Virus record (IMG/VR): IMGVR_UViG_3300043765_000050
Location: 1 to 41,031 of that record
DNA length: 41,031 nt
Strand: one strand, 5' to 3'
Source: a virus
Taxonomy: Duplodnaviria; Caudoviricetes
Position numbers and translations under genes: made by a program. The notes beneath the pieces were generated by a model. It ran no database searches, was not told where the DNA came from, and saw only the letters and a list, made by a program, of their open reading frames with translations. This document shows positions 15,078 through 23,252 of the stretch, in pieces; position 1 is the first letter of the stretch; every line of letters starts with the position of its first letter.

Positions 15078-15327
15078 TTGCTTATTGGTGGGTTGTGCTC
15101 TGCATCTGACGCGCGAGCAGGAGTCGCTGCAGAAGGTCTGTGAGAGTGTGACGGTGGAATCCTTGAATGCGCGTGATCAGGCGATCAAGGCGGATAATCA
15201 CCGCGAGCTTGAGGGGTTGCAGCGGCGCATGGATTCGATAGAGGCGAGTGACCGCTCCATTGACCGACGGTTGGACGAACTGCTGCAGTTGGCGCACTCT
15301 CGTTACTATGGCTGGCGTACTCATTAA
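15049..15327 (+). CDS. Lipoprotein with coiled coil
   Basis: GTG start; MRILSLLLSSCLLVGC lipobox followed by heptad repeats. Confidence 0.7.
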   Translation: MRILSLLLSSCLLVGCALHLTREQESLQKVCESVTVESLNARDQAIKADNHRELEGLQRRMDSIEASDRSIDRRLDELLQLAHSRYYGWRTH

Positions 15328-15454
15328 GTGGCTGATAGCGGGTTGCCTGTCGGTGGTGAGTATCCTTGCCCTTTACATCGCATGGCGTGTATGGTGTGAC
15401 TGGGGGAAGCCCGTGTGGCATGAGGGCAGTAAGTGGTGGGGGCCGAATGAGTGA
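15308..15454 (+). CDS. Small single-TM protein
   Basis: MAGVLIKWLIAGCLSVVSILALYIAWRVW; overlap-coupled. Confidence 0.55.
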   Translation: MAGVLIKWLIAGCLSVVSILALYIAWRVWCDWGKPVWHEGSKWWGPNE

Positions 15455-15644
15455 TCCCATGCGGATGAATTACCGGGCGCTGTCTGGTGCTGAGAAGGCG
15501 CAGATGGAGCAGTTGAAGATACAGGCTCAGGAGTTGCACGATTACATTTCGAGTTTAGGTGCCAGTCGGGAGAGCGCCGTCAGCCTTACCCGGCTGGAAG
15601 AATGCGTCATGTGGGCAGTGAAGCATCTGACGGGGCCGAAATGA
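15447..15644 (+). CDS. Acb2/Tad1-like cyclic-nucleotide sponge (anti-CBASS/anti-Thoeris candidate)
   Basis: YRALS.AEKAQM..LK (Acb2-like YRxLS helix) and SRESAVSLTRLEECVMWAVK (SRExSxxxTxLEExxMW hairpin motif). Confidence 0.7.
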   Translation: MSDPMRMNYRALSGAEKAQMEQLKIQAQELHDYISSLGASRESAVSLTRLEECVMWAVKHLTGPK

Positions 15645-15838
15645 GGGACAGTGAAGCACTGGTGATATCAGCGAGTCACCGTGATCTTCCGGAGCTGCGT
15701 TTCGAGGTGGAGCGCCTGCGGCGTGAGAATGTCGAGTTGCAGGCCGATCTGGCGCAGATGATTTCGCAGGTGGCAGCCCTCGCCCGCGAGAACGAGACGT
15801 TGCGTCAGCGGATGCTGATAGCGGGGGTGCAAGTGTGA
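15641..15838 (+). CDS. Coiled-coil hypothetical protein
   Basis: ATGA coupling; heptad pattern. Confidence 0.65.
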   Translation: MRDSEALVISASHRDLPELRFEVERLRRENVELQADLAQMISQVAALARENETLRQRMLIAGVQV

Positions 15839-16029
15839 GTGCCGAGGCTGAGATTGAGGCGATGAGGAAGTGCGCGAGTGCGCTGGGGAGTCTGACGCCG
15901 GAGGCCCGCTTGCGGGTGCTGCGCTGGGTAATGGACTGGAACGCGCATCATGCCCCGCCTTCCCGGGTCGGCAGTGCCTTGCAGGAGACGTTAGCGCGGC
16001 AGGAGCAGGAGGCGATGAATCATGCTTGA
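15835..16029 (+). CDS. Hypothetical protein
   Basis: GTGA coupling; E.EAM..C..AL..L..EAR.RVLRW pattern. Confidence 0.65.
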   Translation: MSAEAEIEAMRKCASALGSLTPEARLRVLRWVMDWNAHHAPPSRVGSALQETLARQEQEAMNHA

Positions 16030-16255
16030 GCTAATCGTTATGGCGGGCCTGAATGCGGGCCCTCCGCTGGTGGTGGAACGTCACGACCGGATGCCGTGGG
16101 CGGCGAAGGAGAGTGAGTGCAACGAGCATCACAATTTGCAGCCCGACGGGGATCACGACTGTGACGATCCGACCGGGGTCACGGAGCCCGATACCTTGGC
16201 GCTGGCGTTGCTGGCGGCGGGGGGAATCGGCTGGTCGCTGCGGCGGAGGAAATGA
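16022..16255 (+). CDS. Small protein with a PEP-CTERM-like C-terminal sorting signal
   Basis: C-terminus VTEPDTLALALLAAGGIGWSLRRRK = VxEP motif + TM helix + basic tail; AGGAGG SD. Confidence 0.7.
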   Translation: MLELIVMAGLNAGPPLVVERHDRMPWAAKESECNEHHNLQPDGDHDCDDPTGVTEPDTLALALLAAGGIGWSLRRRK

Positions 16256-16297
16256 TGGGACGGTTGCGGACGTGATTGTGGGCAAGTGGGTCGAGAA

Positions 16298-16762
16298 ATG
16301 AACTGGATCAGCACCGAGAACGATTACTTAAGCTGGCGCTCCGGCATGGATCAACCTGCCCCGGGGGCGTACCTCGGGATGTGTCAGGGGGCCTGTCCGT
16401 GGACCGGCGGGCTGCGCTGTCCGCGCGGGGATTGCCCGCGGCGCTGCGTCGGGCATCAGAGTGCGTGGGAGACGTACGGCTGGCGGCACGTCGGACCGAC
16501 CAAAAACCCGCACAGTAACCGCTGGGACTGCAACCGGGTGAAGTGGGGCGGGGATACGTATGAGCGCCCGTTACCCCCCGCCAATGAGCCCGTGACTCAG
16601 GTCGCGCTCAAGTACTACGGGGTACGCACCGAGAATCACCGCACCACCCGCTGGGTTGATCTGCCTCGCAAAACCGTTGACTGTCCGCCGTGGATTCATA
16701 CGCAGGTGGAGTCATGGAACGGTTCGCGACCGAAGAGTTCTGGCGGTTCTGCGCGCGCTTAA
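16298..16762 (+). CDS. Cys/Trp-rich hypothetical protein
   Basis: ORF between the PEP-CTERM-like gene and terL; C..C...C...C...C cluster. Confidence 0.55.
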   Translation: MNWISTENDYLSWRSGMDQPAPGAYLGMCQGACPWTGGLRCPRGDCPRRCVGHQSAWETYGWRHVGPTKNPHSNRWDCNRVKWGGDTYERPLPPANEPVTQVALKYYGVRTENHRTTRWVDLPRKTVDCPPWIHTQVESWNGSRPKSSGGSARA

Positions 16763-18666
16763 CGATTAATTCCAAGGAGATGGGCGCCGTGCGCCTGTCG
16801 CGTCCCTATGGTCCACAGCGCTGGATCGTGAGGGAAATGGCCCGTGCCTTCGACAGCGATATCCACGACTTCACCATCCTGAAGTGCCGCCAATTGGGTG
16901 CCAGTACCGTGATGCTGGCGTTGGATCTGTTCTGGTTGTGGACGCACCCGGGGACTGACGGCACGCTCGTCACGCACGATGAAGGCACCTTCGTCAACTT
17001 CAGGACGCAGTTGTCGGAGTTCTACAATCACCTGCCGCGTACCTACAAGCCGTTCGCCGTTACGCATAACCGCAACGAGTACGTCTGGCGTTTTTCTGAC
17101 AATCGCATGTCGCGCCTGCAGTATCAGATTGCCGGCACTCGCATGGGACAGTCGGTGAAGCTCGGACGCGCCAAGGGCAACGCCTTCTGCCACGGCACTG
17201 AGGTGGGTTACTGGGCGGATCAGGGGGCGTTTCAATCATTGAAGAATTCCCTTGCGGAGAAGAATCCCTCGCGGCTGTTCGTGTGGGAATCCACTGCCAA
17301 TGGTTTTAACGGCTGGGAGGAACAGTGGCGCATCGCCAATCGTGCCATGACGCAGAAGGCGATTTTCGTCAGTTGGTGGGCGCACGAACTGTACCGGCTG
17401 AAGCGCGATTCGCGCCTGTTCGAAGTGTACTGGGGTGAGGGCGGGCGCATGACGGCGGAGGAACGCAAGCTCGCCCGCGATGTGGCGTTGTTGTATGGGG
17501 ACTGTCTGGAATACCTGTATGGCACCAAGGAACTGCAGCCGGAACAGATTGCGTGGTACCGCTGGTACTCGGAAGAGAAAGTGGCAGACCCCGACATGGC
17601 GAAGCAGGAGATGCCGTGGACTGCCGATACCGCTTTCGTCACCACCGGTGCGCAGTTCTTCCAGTCGAAGGACTTGACTGCCACCATGCGCCGGATCGTG
17701 GGTGAAGTCCCGCCGCGCACTCTAAGGGTCGAGATACAACATCGCCTTGAAGACACGTTGATTCTGGAGGCTCCGAAGAAAGTCTCCAATCTGCTGTTGT
17801 ATGCAGGGCCGGAAGCACGTGGGCGTTATGTGTTGGGTGCGGATCCGGCCTACGGCAGTAGTGACTGGGCCGATGCGTTTTGCATCAGCGTCTGGCGGGT
17901 GTGGTATGACCGGGCGGAGCAGGTGGCGGAGTTTCACGATGCCAACTTTCAGCCCTATGCGTTCGCGTGGGTGATGTGCTACTTGGCGGGCATGTACGCG
18001 CCGTGCGCGTGGAATCTGGAAATCACCGGTCCCGGGGCGGCAGTGCTGGGGGAAATCGATAACTTGAAGCGTCAGCGCTTCGGCGGGGCACTGCGCGACC
18101 GCGCCCTGATGAAGAACTTCTTGGGCGGCATGCAGGAGTTTCTCTACACGCGCTTCGATGCCATCAACAAGAATCCCGTGGCACGCGGCACGCAGAGCAC
18201 CTATAAGGAAAAGAACCGCTACATGGACACGTACAAGGATTACTACACCCGTAACCTGATCGTGCCGCACTCGCGCCGCCTGATCGATGAAATGCGCTGG
18301 ATTACCCGCGAGGTGGGGCATGCGCCCAGTGGTTCCTCGCGGCACAAGGACGATACCGTGGTGGCGGCTGCGCTCGCGGTCCAGATGTGGCATGACAAGC
18401 TGCGGCACCGGTTGCTTGCGGAAAACGTCAGCTGGGTGGCGGAGCAGAAGGTGGCAGCAGGCGCATCCCCCATCGTGTCCGTCTATGACCAGTTCGCGGA
18501 GCGGCAGCGGCGCATATTGGGGATGACGGGCCCGGGAGGGGTAAACTCCGGTGCCGTGGGTGCTTCTAGCGTTTCCTCCCACCGCACGGGTGCGGGCACG
18601 GTAAGCCTCCCTTATTCTCACTCTTACCGCTCCCGCCCCCTGCGTCATCCGCGGAGGCGTTTTTGA
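16714..18666 (+). CDS. terL: Terminase large subunit
   Basis: Walker A-like LKCRQLGAST, Walker B-like CHGTEVGYW, ESTANG coupling motif, nuclease motifs VLGADPA and KDDTVVAAALA; GGTGGAG SD before ATG 16714. Confidence 0.92.
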   Translation: MERFATEEFWRFCARLTINSKEMGAVRLSRPYGPQRWIVREMARAFDSDIHDFTILKCRQLGASTVMLALDLFWLWTHPGTDGTLVTHDEGTFVNFRTQLSEFYNHLPRTYKPFAVTHNRNEYVWRFSDNRMSRLQYQIAGTRMGQSVKLGRAKGNAFCHGTEVGYWADQGAFQSLKNSLAEKNPSRLFVWESTANGFNGWEEQWRIANRAMTQKAIFVSWWAHELYRLKRDSRLFEVYWGEGGRMTAEERKLARDVALLYGDCLEYLYGTKELQPEQIAWYRWYSEEKVADPDMAKQEMPWTADTAFVTTGAQFFQSKDLTATMRRIVGEVPPRTLRVEIQHRLEDTLILEAPKKVSNLLLYAGPEARGRYVLGADPAYGSSDWADAFCISVWRVWYDRAEQVAEFHDANFQPYAFAWVMCYLAGMYAPCAWNLEITGPGAAVLGEIDNLKRQRFGGALRDRALMKNFLGGMQEFLYTRFDAINKNPVARGTQSTYKEKNRYMDTYKDYYTRNLIVPHSRRLIDEMRWITREVGHAPSGSSRHKDDTVVAAALAVQMWHDKLRHRLLAENVSWVAEQKVAAGASPIVSVYDQFAERQRRILGMTGPGGVNSGAVGASSVSSHRTGAGTVSLPYSHSYRSRPLRHPRRRF

Positions 18667-19106
18667 AGGGCAAGAAATTTCATCCCAGTAACTGGCAGGC
18701 ACCGCCGGGGGTAATGTCCTGCGCGGGGATTCGTTACTGGTTGAAATATCTGCGTTCGATTGGCTGGGGAAATCATTGCCTGCAGCGCACCTGCGGTTTC
18801 CCTCGTAATCAGTGTCATCGCAAGATGAACGGTAGCAGCTGGATTTACCCCAAGGAGCAGATCCGCGCCTCCTACACTATCCGCCGCATCCTTGCCGGGG
18901 AACTGGTGCAGGTGAAACGTGGCAGGCGGTTTGATGCGGTGATGGCGGAGCATCCGGTGCCGGTGCGGGTGCCGCCACGACTGGTGTACGACATACGCGT
19001 CGGGCGGATTGAATGGTTCGCCGCGCCGCAACCGGGTAAGGGCCTGCCATCCTTCGCCACGTTGCTCGATAACCCGCAGACGTGGGAGCGGCACGATCAG
19101 GTATGA
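18663..19106 (+). CDS. Hypothetical basic protein
   Basis: TTGA overlap with the terL stop; ATGA coupling downstream. Confidence 0.55.
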   Translation: MKGKKFHPSNWQAPPGVMSCAGIRYWLKYLRSIGWGNHCLQRTCGFPRNQCHRKMNGSSWIYPKEQIRASYTIRRILAGELVQVKRGRRFDAVMAEHPVPVRVPPRLVYDIRVGRIEWFAAPQPGKGLPSFATLLDNPQTWERHDQV

Positions 19107-19600
19107 GCGTCACGCATGATTTCGAATGTGCCTGTCATGGCGTGTTCACCAAGCGGGTACGGTCGGGCCTCATTCCCCGTTGCCCGCGAGGGTGCAGTGC
19201 CGATTTCGTTACGCTGGTGCATTTAACTGCACCCTCGATTGGCACGGATAGGGTACGGGTGGCGACTCAATTAGTGCGAGAGATGGCGGATCTGCAGCAC
19301 TTGGCGGATATCGATACCAGTCCTTCGCGGCCCGGTAACTCGGTAGGGGAACGCAATTTCATGCGCTCGGGTAACCCGCTGCAGGCACGTGCGGTAAATG
19401 CCAGCGAGTACATGAATGCCTTGAGCTACCGCAGCAACGAGTTGACACGGTTAGGGATGGGGCATCCGTACGATCCGCGTGAATGGAAAGAAAACAAGGA
19501 AACCGGCAAGATGCGCCACGCGGGCGCGCAGCCGCCGGTCAACGCCATCCCGATGAATCAGTACGGTGTGTCAGTGCAACGAGTGAAAGAGAAGCAATGA
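19103..19600 (+). CDS. Zn-ribbon (FmdB-like) protein
   Basis: HDFECACHGVF...PRCPRGC near the N-terminus; located between terL and portal. Confidence 0.7.
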   Translation: MSVTHDFECACHGVFTKRVRSGLIPRCPRGCSADFVTLVHLTAPSIGTDRVRVATQLVREMADLQHLADIDTSPSRPGNSVGERNFMRSGNPLQARAVNASEYMNALSYRSNELTRLGMGHPYDPREWKENKETGKMRHAGAQPPVNAIPMNQYGVSVQRVKEKQ

Positions 19601-19851
19601 AGATCAGGGTGGTGACCGGGGACGGACGGGGAATACGGGCAATTTATGAAATAGAGGCGGATAGCTGGGAAGTAGTTGGCGGGCACCTGTACATCGTCTC
19701 GGAAGGTAAGTCGGTAGTGGTGCATGCGGAGGGTACGTGGCGCTCAGTGGTCGATACGACACGCTTCGATGCAGCGATGAAAGCCAAGGCGGGGACACTC
19801 GATGAAGATTCCCGACGGGGACAGCCGACGCGACCGCTTCAAGCGATATGA
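19597..19851 (+). CDS. Small beta-rich hypothetical protein
   Basis: ATGA coupling; IEADSWEVVGGHLYI. Confidence 0.6.
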   Translation: MKIRVVTGDGRGIRAIYEIEADSWEVVGGHLYIVSEGKSVVVHAEGTWRSVVDTTRFDAAMKAKAGTLDEDSRRGQPTRPLQAI

Positions 19852-21589
19852 CTTCTTTCGTGCGCTGATTGAGCGCTGCCGGGTGAGTCGGGCGGAGCGT
19901 CGCGAGCAGTACACCTCCCGGCGGCTGTTCTGGTTGTTCGGTACCGATGGCTCTTACGAGAATACCGATATCGACAACGGGCTCGGTCCGCCGCCCGGCA
20001 ACAAGATTTTTCCGCATCTCGATCAGTTGACCAGCTTTCTGTACGCACAGGAAACCACGATCTTTTCCACCGAACTGGGCGAGGGTGTGGCGAAGCCGTT
20101 CTATGAATGGGTGCCTTCGATCAACCGGCGTATCAATGAGCAATGGCACGCCAGTAACACCGATATCATTTTCGGCACCGCGCTGACGCACGCACTGGTT
20201 TATGACTCGATGTTCATCAAGCCGTTGTGGCGCGGTAATTCACTGTACCCCGGCGTGGTATTTCCTCATAACTTCGGGGTGCTGCGTGAAGACGTTGCGC
20301 AACTCTCGCGGCAGGAAGCGTTCTGCCACTGGTACCCGATTACCGAAGGTCAATTCAGGAACGATTTCGCGCAGCTTCCTCGCCTCAATCCGATCCTTGA
20401 GAAAGTGGCGCGTCGAGCGTCCGGGATGATCGAAGCACAGGAGGCCGGCATCGACCGCATCATCATGTCGAGCCAGTCACCTCTGGGTACGGCTGCGGGT
20501 CCGCCGGCGGGCACTGCGAGCGTGGACTGGCTGAGTGAAGTGTCGAGCAATTACATTCCGCGCGTGCGCGAGGAATTGATTGAGATGGTGGAACTTTTCG
20601 TATGGGATGACGCACTCCACGATTATCGACTGATCACGCTGGCAGATCCTGATATTCCCATTTTCGATAGACCACTCAAAGATACTGGCTGGATTTCGAC
20701 GGTGCCGCCGTTCGTGCAGATTTGTCCGCTGCCTGACCCGCATTACTTCTGGGGCATGAGTGAGGTGGAAAGGTTGATGCCGTTGCAGGCCCGTCGTAAC
20801 CGTTGCATGGCGCAGATCGAACACTTGCAGGATCTGCAGGCGCATCCGCCGTCCACTTCCTCCGGCTTCCCCTCCGATCTTCTGGAAATGCAATATGTGT
20901 TAGATAGCCCGAACGGGTTTCTGAATCAACCGGATCCTGCGGGCATGGGTGCGGGGGGTCCGAAGGCGGAACGGGTCAAGATTGAGATATCGGGTGATCT
21001 GTATGAGCGGTTGCGGCAGAACGATGAGGATTTCGAGAACATGTCGGGCCTGCCACCGATCACGCAGGGTAAGAATCCGCCCGGGGTACGCGCTGGCGGG
21101 CATGCGATGGATCTCGCTAAACTGGGATCCTCCCGCGCCCGTAAACGGGCCATGGTCATAGAAGACTCACTTGAAGCGCTCGCTACCGTCTATCTGCAAC
21201 TGATGCGCAAATACGATCCGACGCACCTTGAGGCCCCGGTATCGCCGGAGAATCCGCAGCAGACTGAAAAGTTTGTATTGAAGCAGTTACCGGATGATTT
21301 CTTGGTGAAGGTGGATGCGCACAGTAACTCACCGATATTCATCGAGGATCAGACTTCACTCGCGTTCCAGTTATTCAAGGTGAAGGCGATTGACCGCGAA
21401 GACCTGTTGGAGATGACTCCGGTCCCGCACCGCCAGCGCCTGCTGCATAAACTGAAGACCGTGATCGAGCCCGCCGAAGCCAAGGCGCACAAGGAAGAGC
21501 AGGAGTTCCAGATCAAGAAGGCGCAGGCCGCCGGCAATCGTGGGCGTCCGCGCAAAACCAATGGTGCAGGCACACCCGCTGAGCAGTAA
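19802..21589 (+). CDS. Portal protein (P22/podovirus-like)
   Basis: 595 aa after terL; PFVQICP...FWGMSEVERLMPLQ...N and MSGLPPITQG motifs; helical C-terminus. Confidence 0.85.
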   Translation: MKIPDGDSRRDRFKRYDFFRALIERCRVSRAERREQYTSRRLFWLFGTDGSYENTDIDNGLGPPPGNKIFPHLDQLTSFLYAQETTIFSTELGEGVAKPFYEWVPSINRRINEQWHASNTDIIFGTALTHALVYDSMFIKPLWRGNSLYPGVVFPHNFGVLREDVAQLSRQEAFCHWYPITEGQFRNDFAQLPRLNPILEKVARRASGMIEAQEAGIDRIIMSSQSPLGTAAGPPAGTASVDWLSEVSSNYIPRVREELIEMVELFVWDDALHDYRLITLADPDIPIFDRPLKDTGWISTVPPFVQICPLPDPHYFWGMSEVERLMPLQARRNRCMAQIEHLQDLQAHPPSTSSGFPSDLLEMQYVLDSPNGFLNQPDPAGMGAGGPKAERVKIEISGDLYERLRQNDEDFENMSGLPPITQGKNPPGVRAGGHAMDLAKLGSSRARKRAMVIEDSLEALATVYLQLMRKYDPTHLEAPVSPENPQQTEKFVLKQLPDDFLVKVDAHSNSPIFIEDQTSLAFQLFKVKAIDREDLLEMTPVPHRQRLLHKLKTVIEPAEAKAHKEEQEFQIKKAQAAGNRGRPRKTNGAGTPAEQ

Positions 21590-21636
21590 AATGTAACCGC
21601 GCGCTGAGGAACCTTGTCACTTGAGGAGGTTCCGTC

Positions 21637-21708
21637 ATGGCACGTCGTCGTAAACGTCTCCGTCAGACCCGCCGGGCTCGCCGCATCCGTGCTCGCCGCC
21701 GCCGGTAG
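21637..21708 (+). CDS. Protamine-like peptide MARRRKRLRQTRRARRIRARRRR
   Basis: GAGGAGGT SD; 14 Arg + 1 Lys of 23 aa. Confidence 0.75.
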   Translation: MARRRKRLRQTRRARRIRARRRR

Positions 21709-21712
21709 CCTT

Positions 21713-21757
21713 ATGCCGCGTTCGCGATACAACCGTCGCTGGCGGCGCAGGGGCTGA
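21713..21757 (+). CDS. Protamine-like peptide MPRSRYNRRWRRRG
   Basis: Starts 4 nt after the previous stop; 7 Arg of 14 aa. Confidence 0.55.
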   Translation: MPRSRYNRRWRRRG

Positions 21758-21844
21758 GGTGTAGACTGCAAAGTGCGCGCTGAGGACCACTGACCTGCGG
21801 GTGAAGTCACTTCCACCCTGCGGGTGCCACAGGAGGTGCCTCAT

Positions 21845-21886
21845 ATGCCACGCGGTCGGTTTACACGCCGAGTCCGGCGTCGTTGA
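21845..21886 (+). CDS. Protamine-like peptide MPRGRFTRRVRRR
   Basis: AGGAGGT SD at 21831; 7 Arg of 13 aa. Confidence 0.65.
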   Translation: MPRGRFTRRVRRR

Positions 21887-21902
21887 TTAGGACGGTGGTG
21901 CT

Positions 21903-21939
21903 GAAACCGGGGGGAAGGCTTTGCTTTCTCCCCAGTTTC
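21903..21939 (+). terminator. Stem-loop (terminator-like or processing site)
   Basis: GAAACCGGGGGGAAGGC-TTT-GCTTTCTCCCCAGTTTC. Confidence 0.5.
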
Positions 21940-21975
21940 TAATTAGGATCCCGTCCCGCACCGCCGATCAGGCAA

Positions 21976-22449
21976 TTGTCCACACCTCCTGACCAACTGG
22001 GTTTACCTCCCGGCGGCGCACCTCCCGGTCTTCCTCCCGGCGCTCCGCCTCCGCCACCCGGTCCGCCGCCGCCCGCACCGGCACCGATGGCGGCGGGAGG
22101 CGAGCCCAGTCCGGGCGGTTCCCCAGCGCTTACGCCTCAGGCCAATCGCGGCGATCAGGCTTCCGCAGATGCCAAGGTGCAGATGGCGATGCGGCTCTTG
22201 GAAGAAGCGATGATGGCTTACGGTGATCGTAAGAGCGCGAAGTATCGTCAGACGCTCACGGCTCTGTCCGCGCTGGTGAAAGGCCACGGCAGGGACGAGG
22301 ACCGCGCGCAGGCGATCATGCCCGCTGAATTGAAATCCGCACTGCTGTCGAACGCGCCCGCACCGGGAGCCGCACCTCCACCACCGGGAGGACCGGGAGC
22401 GGGAGCGGGTGCATTACCGGCAGGTGGCCCCCCGGGAGCCCCGGGATAA
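21976..22449 (+). CDS. Pro/Gly-rich head-assembly region protein
   Basis: TTG start; helical core flanked by poly-Pro; lies between portal and scaffold. Confidence 0.65.
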   Translation: MSTPPDQLGLPPGGAPPGLPPGAPPPPPGPPPPAPAPMAAGGEPSPGGSPALTPQANRGDQASADAKVQMAMRLLEEAMMAYGDRKSAKYRQTLTALSALVKGHGRDEDRAQAIMPAELKSALLSNAPAPGAAPPPPGGPGAGAGALPAGGPPGAPG

Positions 22450-22462
22450 CAGGAGATGACTC

Positions 22463-22648
22463 ATGGCTGACAACCGTCGCAAGTTTCTGGGCCCGAATGC
22501 CGGCACGTTGCGTGACCCGACCAGTAACGAATTGAAACATGGCCGCATGGCGAATCCGCCGCGCTATGTCGAGATGGGTGGCAAGTGGCAGAGCCGCGGC
22601 ATGGCGAAGAACGACAAGCGCTTGAGCAAACCCGGGGATACGGTCTGA
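22463..22648 (+). CDS. Small basic virion-region protein
   Basis: AGGAG SD; LRDPT...G...NPPRY...GG. Confidence 0.7.
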   Translation: MADNRRKFLGPNAGTLRDPTSNELKHGRMANPPRYVEMGGKWQSRGMAKNDKRLSKPGDTV

Positions 22649-22713
22649 TGGCTCGCACGACGCCGCGGGGGCTGTACAGGCCGCGCCGTAACTTACGGGG
22701 CAGGAGAAGGTAA
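22648..22713 (+). CDS. Arg-rich peptide MARTTPRGLYRPRRNLRGRRR
   Basis: TGATG and TAATG overlaps at both ends; fills the gap exactly. Confidence 0.7.
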   Translation: MARTTPRGLYRPRRNLRGRRR

Positions 22714-23249
22714 TGGCAGGTGCGGACGATTTACCCCTTGAACAACAGAAAGCACTGCGCCTCGGGCGACTGTTGCTCGAAACCAATCCTGAAATAGCGA
22801 TGGATGCGAAGCGGTTAGCCAAGAAGGCTGACCCGAATCTGCGCCTGCCGGAAGTGGAGTTGGAAGACAAGATGCGCGCGGAAGCCGCTGCCCGTGCTGA
22901 GTGGGAAGAGAAGCAGGAACAGCGGCAGATGGAAGAGCGCGTGACCGCGCGCCGCAAGGAACGTGACCGTGAGGCGAAGGCCGCCGGCTTTACGCCTGAA
23001 GAGATTGAAAAGATCGTGGTCGATGAGAAGTGCTCATTTGAAACCGCGATGAAGCTCGCTGAACTGCAGCGGCAGTCGGCGGAACCGGGGGCCGGGGATG
23101 TGTATTACGGCGGACGGGTTCCGCAGCCCCGCGACATGCGTGGGGATCCTGAGTGGCGCAAGTTATCTCCCGCCCAGCAACGCCTGCGCGGTAACGAGAT
23201 GGCTCACCAGATGATCGATGACTTCATACGCAAAGCGCGTAGAGGATAA
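22713..23249 (+). CDS. Putative capsid scaffolding protein
   Basis: Charged coiled-coil protein immediately upstream of the major capsid gene. Confidence 0.65.
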   Translation: MAGADDLPLEQQKALRLGRLLLETNPEIAMDAKRLAKKADPNLRLPEVELEDKMRAEAAARAEWEEKQEQRQMEERVTARRKERDREAKAAGFTPEEIEKIVVDEKCSFETAMKLAELQRQSAEPGAGDVYYGGRVPQPRDMRGDPEWRKLSPAQQRLRGNEMAHQMIDDFIRKARRG

Positions 23250-23252
23250 CTT

